DNA of 64,000 nucleotides, taken from contig OZ024740.1 of the NCBI GenBank assembly GCA_964016885.1, positions 217,434,001 to 217,498,000 on the forward strand, written 5' to 3'. The position numbers and the translations under genes are program-made. This document shows, one piece after another, positions 55,796 through 64,000 of this stretch; the first letter of the stretch is position 1; every line of letters begins with the position of its first letter. The stretch is from Eledone cirrhosa. Lineage: Eukaryota. The notes under the pieces are model-generated. The model worked only from the letters and a program-made list of their open reading frames with translations, was not told the DNA's origin and did not search any database.

Positions 55796-55836
55796 CCGAG
55801 AACAATTGTTTCACCTTCGCGGATCTTCAGCTCGGG
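55796..55836 (-). ncRNA. Minimal type-I hammerhead ribozyme in the inverted pLTR
   Basis: Minus strand: CCGAG-CTGAAGA-tCCgcgaaGGt-GAAA-C-AATT-GTT-CTCGG. Palindromic ACAATTGT stem III. Confidence 0.72.
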
Positions 55837-56437
55837 ATGTGTATGGTTATAGGAACAGGAAGGACAACCGTACGAACGCGCATGCGCAGAAACTTGGTCA
55901 CTCACACAGGCAATACTAGACTGCGTGCGGGAGGTGTAAGGGAGATAACTGCGAAAGTCCGGAAAGTTTTTAGGTTGAAAATAAAATAAAAAATTTAAAC
56001 ATAAAATTACAAAGAATCAGCCATGTATGGTCCCTCAAGGACTCAAGTATAGGCTACTCCATTCAATGGAAAGCCATCACTAAGTCCAAGCCATACGCAA
56101 GGGAAAATCCGACGTGTGGCTTATGTATTGACGAACGGATAACTATCTTAAAGAGATTACGCAATAGTGATTGCCTAAACACGAGAAGTGAAATTTTCAC
56201 ACGTTGTCCACACGTCACCAAACATCTATTGCATAACTACAAGGCTCCGGACTGATTCTTTGTAATTTTATGTTAACATTTTTTTATTTTATTTTCAACC
56301 TAAAAACTTACCGGACTTTCGCAGTTATCTCCCGTACACCTCCCGCACGCAGTCTAGTATTGCTCGTGTGAAGTGACCGAGTTTCTGCGCATGCGCGTTC
56401 GTACGGTTGTCCTTCCTGTTCCTATAACCATACACAT

Positions 56438-56478
56438 CCCGATCTGAAGATCCGCGAAGGTGAAACAATTGTTCTCGG
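56438..56478 (+). ncRNA. Minimal type-I hammerhead ribozyme in the 3' pLTR (one stem I mismatch)
   Basis: CCGAT-CTGAAGA-TCCGCGAAGGT-GAAACAATTGTT-CTCGG. Confidence 0.68.
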
Positions 56479-56506
56479 TATGGTGAACTAGCTGTTGTGT
56501 AACCAC

Positions 56507-56593
<87 letters not shown>

Positions 56594-58866
56594 AAGGTTA
56601 AACAAGAGTCAATGAATAAATCAAAGAATGAGTTTTACAATAGATTGGAAGCACTCAACAACAATCGTTTTCCGGAGTTATTAATCAGATTGTAAAACTT
56701 TAATAATGTTTTATTTTCTATTCATTTATGATAGAATTAATGTTAGACTAAAGGGTCTTGTTTAGGTATATAAACATATTATTTGTTAACATGTTCTCTT
56801 GATAAATATGCACACCTTTGGATATTTTAGATATATATAATTTAGATTGGGATCCTTATATATGTGTTTGTGTTTTAAATATATAATTTGGATATATAAC
56901 TTATAAGATTACCGGTTATAATTGAACCGTAAATCATTCATGCATTTATATATTTTACTCATTTTGAGTATGTTTTAGGATTCAGAAAGTTAGATTTGTA
57001 CATTTTTATTTTTTTATATATATTAATGTATAAATGTCACAAATGATACTAGTCGACAAATATTGGTTTTTCTTTCCACTGAACTGGATGTAAAACTACA
57101 ATTATAACATTACTAATAATGATTGTAATTATTTATTTATTATATGTATATCGTTTCACTAATTCACTAATACCTATAATACTCTCTATATATATTTGAA
57201 CAAATCTGTTTATCTAGTATAATAACATGCTCCTAGTTACATTTATAAGTAATTTAGATACTCAAATGACTCTCTATTGTTATAATTGTTAGATATTTTC
57301 TGAATGTTCTAAATTATATAAAGATTATTACTTAATTTAATTTAATTTATTTTAATTAAATTCGGGCTACCTTCGGGTCATTGAAATCCTTAGCTCCTCT
57401 TTCTAACATCTTCGTGGACACTTTAGAAGTGTTGTTAGTCTACTATATAAATTTTAAAAAATCTCTTGCATTTTTAAACTATATTTTTTTTATATTAGGC
57501 ACTTTTATGATCGCAAACAATTCATTATTTTTACTTTTTCACTTTTTATTTTGAATCTAGTCCTTATCCTTAGGATTCATGAAGTTTTGACTTGTTTATT
57601 TATAGTATATATCTATGAAATGATCCTATTATAATAATTGATCTAAAACATTAATTTTAACAATATTATCAGTAACTTATTTATTGTATTGTATTATGTT
57701 ATGTCTAACTGAGAGGTATCATCTTAATCTTTAGACAATATAATCTTTATGTATTTTTTTGAAAAACGCATATATATAATTTAATAATCAAACTTTTTTA
57801 AGTTTAATTATAAGGCCTGTTGATCATTTAGGCATTCAAATTGTTTATCTTAAAATTCTTTAAAGATTATAACTGTAATTATTTTCTAAATTATAAAATG
57901 TAAACTATTTTCAATATAATATAAATAATTTAATATTATACAATACATTTAGTAAAGTTTAACTTCGCGAGGATGTAAAAACATTATGTTTTCTTTCTCG
58001 TGTTTGTAAATCCTTTAAATCTGACTTCAGAAAATTTGATTTTATGAATTAAATATGATAGTATACTTTAATATTAATAGAGATATTTATTAACTTTTAT
58101 AACCTAAAATATTATTCATTACTCTGAACTAACTTAAATTAAATGATTTGAATGTTAGCGGTCAACCAGATATGTTTGGATATATATTGTATATATAGAT
58201 AATTATCTATAGACTTGGTATTAACCTTCCAATTATATTTAAAATTTCGATTGATGAATACTTTTAGATAATTCAATAATTCAATGAATTGAGATTTTTT
58301 TCTTTTTCCTAAAGCTAAGCCCAAATGTTGTTCTAATTAATATCTCCCTATATATTACACTATAAAAAGTATTCCTCTTTATCTCTCTCTCTGTAATCAA
58401 CTCTCTTTTTCTTTCTATGCTCTTACTAGCTATATTATCCCCTCATCTGTTTCTTTCTCTATGGCTTTCTTTTCTTTCCTCTTTCTTCAGTAATTTAAAT
58501 TATTTGAATCTCTAACAGTTATATTGCTGCTATATATGTTTTAAGCTTTCTCACACGCACCCTCTCTATTATATGTATTATATGTAGGTTCTTTTCATGT
58601 TTCAATATTAAGGTATATAAATATTGAGTTTTGTCATATATTACTCACTACCATGACTGAATCTTAACCCTCTACTATGTCAGGGTAATGTCATGCATCA
58701 TTTTATTATATCTGATGAGGACGTACTGTTGAAGTTAACTCAGTACCTCTGAAATATGTATAATGAAAATATACTTGATCACAAGAATATCTATTTTGTT
58801 AATATTTTGAATTAATATTATATATATTCATTTTATTAAGGCTAAATTTCTATTTTATCAGTTGTA

Positions 58867-60624
58867 CGCTCGTCGCCGAGAACCAGATGGGCGAAGCGCA
58901 AACATGTGCAATCCCACCCAGGTCCATACTCGATAACCTCCATCTCATTTGATACATCATAGAGAGACTAGGGTGTAAACTGGCTTCGGTGAGGCTTTGA
59001 TCAATTTAGATCAATCAAAGGCATTTGATAGGGTCCACCATCAATACTTGGAAGCGGTTCTCAAGGCAGCCGGTTTCGGCTCAGTCTTCAGAGGCTGGAT
59101 CGCTGCTACGCACAGCAACATCTGCTCCGCAGTCAAGGTGAATGGCTACCTATCGGAGCCATTCCAAATCATGCGTTCCATCCGTCAAGGATGTCCTTTC
59201 TCTTCCATTCTGTATGTACTGACTCTCGAGTCACTACTGCGGAAGTTGGAGCTATTGCATGGCTTCCTGATGGAACCAGGACTGCGAAAAGCAGCGTCGG
59301 CCTACGCTGGCGAGATGACCGTAATTGTGTCGAAAACCTCGGAAATCGGGGTAATCGGCAACAGGAATGCGAAACGTTCACAGGAACAAGACTAAACCCA
59401 AACCTTGACAGTCGTGCCTTGCCCCCGCGAACATCTCACCAAAATGGAACGCCTACTCTTCAAATTTCTCTGGAAGAATCAGGCTCCATTGGTGAGGAGA
59501 TCCATCTGCTGTCAACAACCTTCTAACAAAGGGCAGCGCATGCCGTAGCTGATGATGCGCAAACACGAGCTGAGGCTACGCCATCTCCAGGTATTCCTGA
59601 CCGGAGTGGCTGTCGTTTGTGAGATGAGCTCTTCCACAACTCGTCTCACTAACAGAGCTAGAGTCCTGGGTCAAGCTAAGACCGAAAATGGGCGCCTCGC
59701 ACCTCGAGTGTCTTCAGGCGTTCACAGCCATCTACCAAGCGGAAACGGCAATCAGCAGAGACTCAACTTCGACATTCTATTCTATAGGGGATTAGTGGAG
59801 GATAAATGAGACGACGTTCTCGGGGAACTCTAGGCATCGAGGAGGACGAACTGACCAGTCTGTTCGGAAGGACTTTCCGTCCAGGGCCTATGGATAACTT
59901 CCAGAGGTCTCTGGCCTGGCAGTGCTACCGAAGAGCTCTACCAGTTCGAGACAAAATCTACAGGCACGGACGCCCTGGCAGAGATCCTGCTAAAAGGACC
60001 TGTCCAAGATGCGAGCAGGGCATCGAAACCGTTCTGCTCGCAATTGTTCAGTGCCCAGGGGTGACCGACCTGTGGAATTATGTCGAATAACTACTGTCAC
60101 GTGTGGGACGCATCTAGTTGTCAGCCGAGTCGATCGTGAGGATCAACCCGCCGCCTTCATTTAACAATGAAGGAGAGGCGATTTTCTTCTGTCTGGTGGC
60201 TATGGCCAAAGTTGTAATATGGTGGACGAGGTTAAAAGGACTTATCCCCTTCTTTAAGTACAGAAGAAAGGTGAGAGTGGAGAGGGAGGTGTTACACCCC
60301 AGTAAATTCGCTGAAACGTGGGTGAATGTGGCGGAAATGGCCCGAGGGAATGGGCCTTCTCTGTATATAAACCTGTAGGTTGAGGAAGATAAACAGAGGG
60401 AAGACGGGAACACGTACAAAACGTGCTCCTGGTGTTGAGGGTTGTTCTATCCACGCGGTGTAAAACAACACTGCAGTAACGTTCCCCCTATTTCAATTGT
60501 TATTTTATTATATATAGTTTATTGTTATTTATTAATGTTAAAGTTATATGATTTTTATGATTTTTATGTAAAACCCCCGCTGTCACGTCTTGTAATGTCC
60601 GATTTTTGTACGCAAATAAAGAAA
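58867..60624 (+). mobile_element. Older, degenerate 5'-truncated Tx1-clade LINE ending in a (TA)n run
   Basis: INLDQSKAFDRV, IRQGCP, PMDNFQRSLAWQCYR and WWTRLKGL, with stops and deletions; ends AATAAAGAAA. Confidence 0.85.
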
Positions 60625-60642
60625 TATATCTATCTATATGTG

Positions 60643-60694
<52 letters not shown>

Positions 60695-60707
<13 letters not shown>

Positions 60708-63700
60708 GCAAGTTTACCATTGTGTGTGTCCGCCTAAAACTAGCAAACTACCGGACCAAACTCCTCAATATTACATGTACATATTCACTATACACTCGGA
60801 CAGGTAACGGTCGAAAAAGGTGTACTTTGCAAAGCATGGAATTCGTTTAAAATCAATTTATCTTATTTCCTAATGAATATCAAAAGAGATCATCCATTTT
60901 GTTTTTTATGTTCTCCAGTCTGTAGATAAGAGAGTGAGGGATGGGAAGAGAGAGAGTAAAGGATGAGAGAGCAAAAGAGAGGGAGAGTAGCATATGGGAG
61001 AGAGAGAGTAAGGGGATGAGAGAGAAAGAGAGAGAGACTGAGTGGATGGGAGAGAGAGTAAGCGGATGTTAGAGAGAAAGAAAGAGAGTAAGGGATGAGA
61101 GAGAGAATAGGAGATGGGCGAGAGAGAGAGAGAGAGAGTAAGAAGATGTGAGAGAGAAAGAAAGAGAGTAAGGGGAATCGAAGAAAGCAGTATCATTTAG
61201 TGGAAGGTCATGAAGTCAAGTCAAGTGATACTATTGGGCGTGTTTACAATGTCCATTCCAACAACAGAGAATGTTTTTATTTACGGCTATTTCTGCATAC
61301 TGTTCGAGGACCAACGTCATTTGAGGATCTTAGGTGCTTCAGAGGAAAGGAGTGTGCAACATACCAAGAAGCATGTAAACAGCATAGACTCCTGCATGAC
61401 AATGGACACTGGAAGAAGTGCCTAAAAGAAGCAGCAATCACTCAAGTACCCAGCCAAATAAGACAATTATTTGTTATTATGCTCACGGCATGTGGAATTG
61501 ATGAAGCTCATCTACTCTGGCAGGAGTACAAAAACAATATGTCGGACGACTATCTACACCTAGCCCGAAGACATCATGGCAATATGTATATGGAATATAT
61601 CCCCAGAATTTACAATCAAGCTCTCTGTGACGTGTCCCATCGAGTTCAGGCAATGAATATCACATTAGCTAACTGCGGGATGCCAGAGCCAGATGAAGAA
61701 ATAGAGGTAGCACAAGACATTTTTCTGGAAACAAACTAAGATATTCAAGCGTTGCGTAAGTTTGTGGATGAAAATAAACCTCCATTGATGGATGACCAGA
61801 AATTCGCCTACCACAACATCATCGAAAACATTCAAAATGACAGAGGAGGACTTTTCTTCATCGATGCTCCTGCTGGCACAGGCAAGACATTCCTCATAAA
61901 CCTCCTGCTTGCAAAAGTTCGCCAAAAGCAACATATTGCCCTTGCTGTGGCTTCAAGTGACATTGAAGCAACACTTCTGTATGGAGGAAGAACTGAACAC
62001 TCCATGTTTAAGCTGCCTATAGATCTCACACAGCATAAACATCAAAACACATTTTTACAACATCAAGAAGAACTCACCCAAGGGCAAGCTTCTGCAAACA
62101 TGCAAGATAATAATTCGGGATGAAGCTACTATGAGTCATAAAGGAGCAATTGAAGCTTTGGACCGGACGATAAGGGATCTGAGAGAAAATAGTTGCATAA
62201 TGGGAGGAGTGACAATGGTTCTTGCTGGTGATTTCAGACAAATTCTGCCCGTAATTCTTCTAGGGACGCGAGCTGATCAGGTAAATGTCTGTCTGAAAAC
62301 ATCCTATCTTTGGCCCCACTTTCAGCTTCTGAGCCTTACAACCAACATGCGAGTGCACTTAACTGGTGACGAAGGTGTCAGTGAGTTTGCCATCCAACTA
62401 CTTAAATTGCGAAATGGACTTCTTGAAAAGGACTCCAATGACCATATTCAGTTGTCATTTGGCCATATCCTTGAAACAGAACAAGAACTGATTACCAGAG
62501 TGTTTCCAAACATTCAGACCAGGCAATGTGATCCGAAATGGCTCTGTCAACGAGCACTCTTAGCACCTAAAAATGTTATTCTGAAAGAAATCAACAGAAG
62601 GCTGCTGGAGAAGTTACCGGGAGAGAAAATATGTTACAAATCAGTTCACACAATCACTTCTCAAACTTTGTAATGGCACAAGACTCATCATCAAAAATAT
62701 TATGTCCAATGTTCTAGAAGTTACAATCATGTCAGGAAAATTTGCTGGTGACAATTGTTTCATTCCCAGAATACCTCTGAAGCCAACTGATATGCCATTT
62801 GAATTTCGAAGACTTCAATTTCCGATCAGGCTCAGTTTTCCATGACCATTAATAAATCTCAAGGGCAATCATTGAAAGTCGTTGGGTTGAATCTGGCAGA
62901 TCCTGTCTTTTCGCGTGGTCAACTCTATGTTGGCACAACAAGGGTTGGGAACCCTGATTGTCTCCTCATTGTGGCACCACAGGGAAAAATCAAGTATGTT
63001 GTTTATCCAGAGGATTTGGAATGAGCAATGTCGTAATTCCTCATTCAATGACAATATACACAGATCCTAATTCCTTAGTCATATAGTTTGCAAGGAATTC
63101 TGAAGCCGCAAGTTTACTGCATGGTGTTACTTTGGAAGAATATGCAGGCATTCCCGGTTACCTCTGCTATATAAAGTAGTATAAGTAAGGACTTTGTTGG
63201 GTAGAAATAGCAGCCAAATTTCCTTCAAATCCCACCTTACTTATTCAGGTATGTATATATGTATGAAGCAAAAAGGAACGGTTCTATTTGATAACTCGAT
63301 CTACTAGAAATATTAGCAAAATCCATTTCAAATCACAAACAACTGTCTTACACACACACATGTGTGTGTATGTATCTATGTATATCATGTGAGCCACTAT
63401 ACATGTTGTTATAGCTAATAGAAATAGAAAACAAATCTCCCTCAAACACGATCCTACTGCCATAGAGACAAAGATTGGTGAAAGCTACAGTGTACAAATT
63501 TAAATACACTTTCCCCGAATTACAGAAATGAGTAAGTAAATGCTTCATTCAATCATAAACCAATGCTAAATTTATTTTCTTATTTTATTTATGTTTTTAA
63601 AATAGTCTTGACATGTTGTTTGAATTTCAGAGGTTCAGATTGAGCAAAAAAAGAAAAGAAGAAAGAAAAGGATAAACAAAAATAATCTAAATGTATTTTT

Positions 63701-63979
63701 TTGGTCATGCCCTGACATACCTAATGATTCATCTATGAGTAAAGCATTATATATGCTGACTGTAATAGGGAGCAGTATTAAACAAAATCACCACTGGAAA
63801 AAACTAATATTTTTATCTAGATGATTTACTTTGACCAAACAACAATACATATTCTGCTATAATTCCTACTTTGGCTAAAATTCAGCAATCATATTTGAAT
63901 GGTCAAATATTTTGTAATGTGTGCCAAATATACTGTAACTTTCATAAAATACCCGGGTATCACCGGGTAGCTCAGCTAG
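60695..63979 (+). mobile_element. Helitron copy 4, internally deleted (same type as copy 1), helicase pseudogenised
   Basis: Same 5' end; helicase fragments at 61200-63024; hairpin TACCCGG-gtatca-CCGGGTA and CTAG at 63976-63979, followed by (TA)n. Confidence 0.92.
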
Positions 63980-64000
63980 TATATATATATATATATATAT

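Larger units (their letters stand above)
55698..56511 (+). mobile_element. 5'-truncated Penelope-like element: inverted pLTRs (55763-56020 / 56252-56511) around a GIY-YIG endonuclease C-terminus, inserted in (TA)n
   Basis: The spacer 56022-56255 translates HVWSLKDSSIGYSIQWKAITKSKPYARENPTCGLCIDERITILKRLRNSDCLNTRSEIFTRCPHVTKHLLHNYKAPD*, with CxLCxxE and LNxRxE...CxH motifs. A hammerhead in each arm; TA runs on both sides. Confidence 0.82.

Overview
AT-rich, microsatellite-dense eukaryotic (animal) genomic DNA. The tRNA-derived SINE resembles octopus/cephalopod SINEs as I remember them; this is inference and was not searched. One host gene is visible: a 3-exon gene (28672-32707, +) for a ~628-aa secreted protein made of 16 tandem 6-Cys pacifastin/VWC-like modules. 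Most of the rest is transposon-derived. (i) Four copies of one Helitron family: two head-to-tail, one carrying a hAT insertion with TIRs and an 8-bp TSD. (ii) A near-perfect 10,164-bp tandem duplication overlapping a ~5-kb palindrome. (iii) A 33-50 kb cluster in which Tx1/L1-clade LINEs (+) and R4/Dong-clade RLE LINEs (-) share (TTA)n microsatellites; it includes an intact 1216-aa Dong ORF and a full-length Tx1 broken only at two homopolymers. (iv) RTE fragments and SINEs. (v) Not visible in the ORF track: about 10 minimal type-I hammerhead ribozyme motifs from at least five unrelated sequence families, several inside inverted pseudo-LTR-like repeats, one flanking a GIY-YIG endonuclease tail of a Penelope-like element. 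The many I/Y/C/V/M-rich ORFs are microsatellite translation artefacts. All folds and alignments were done by eye.
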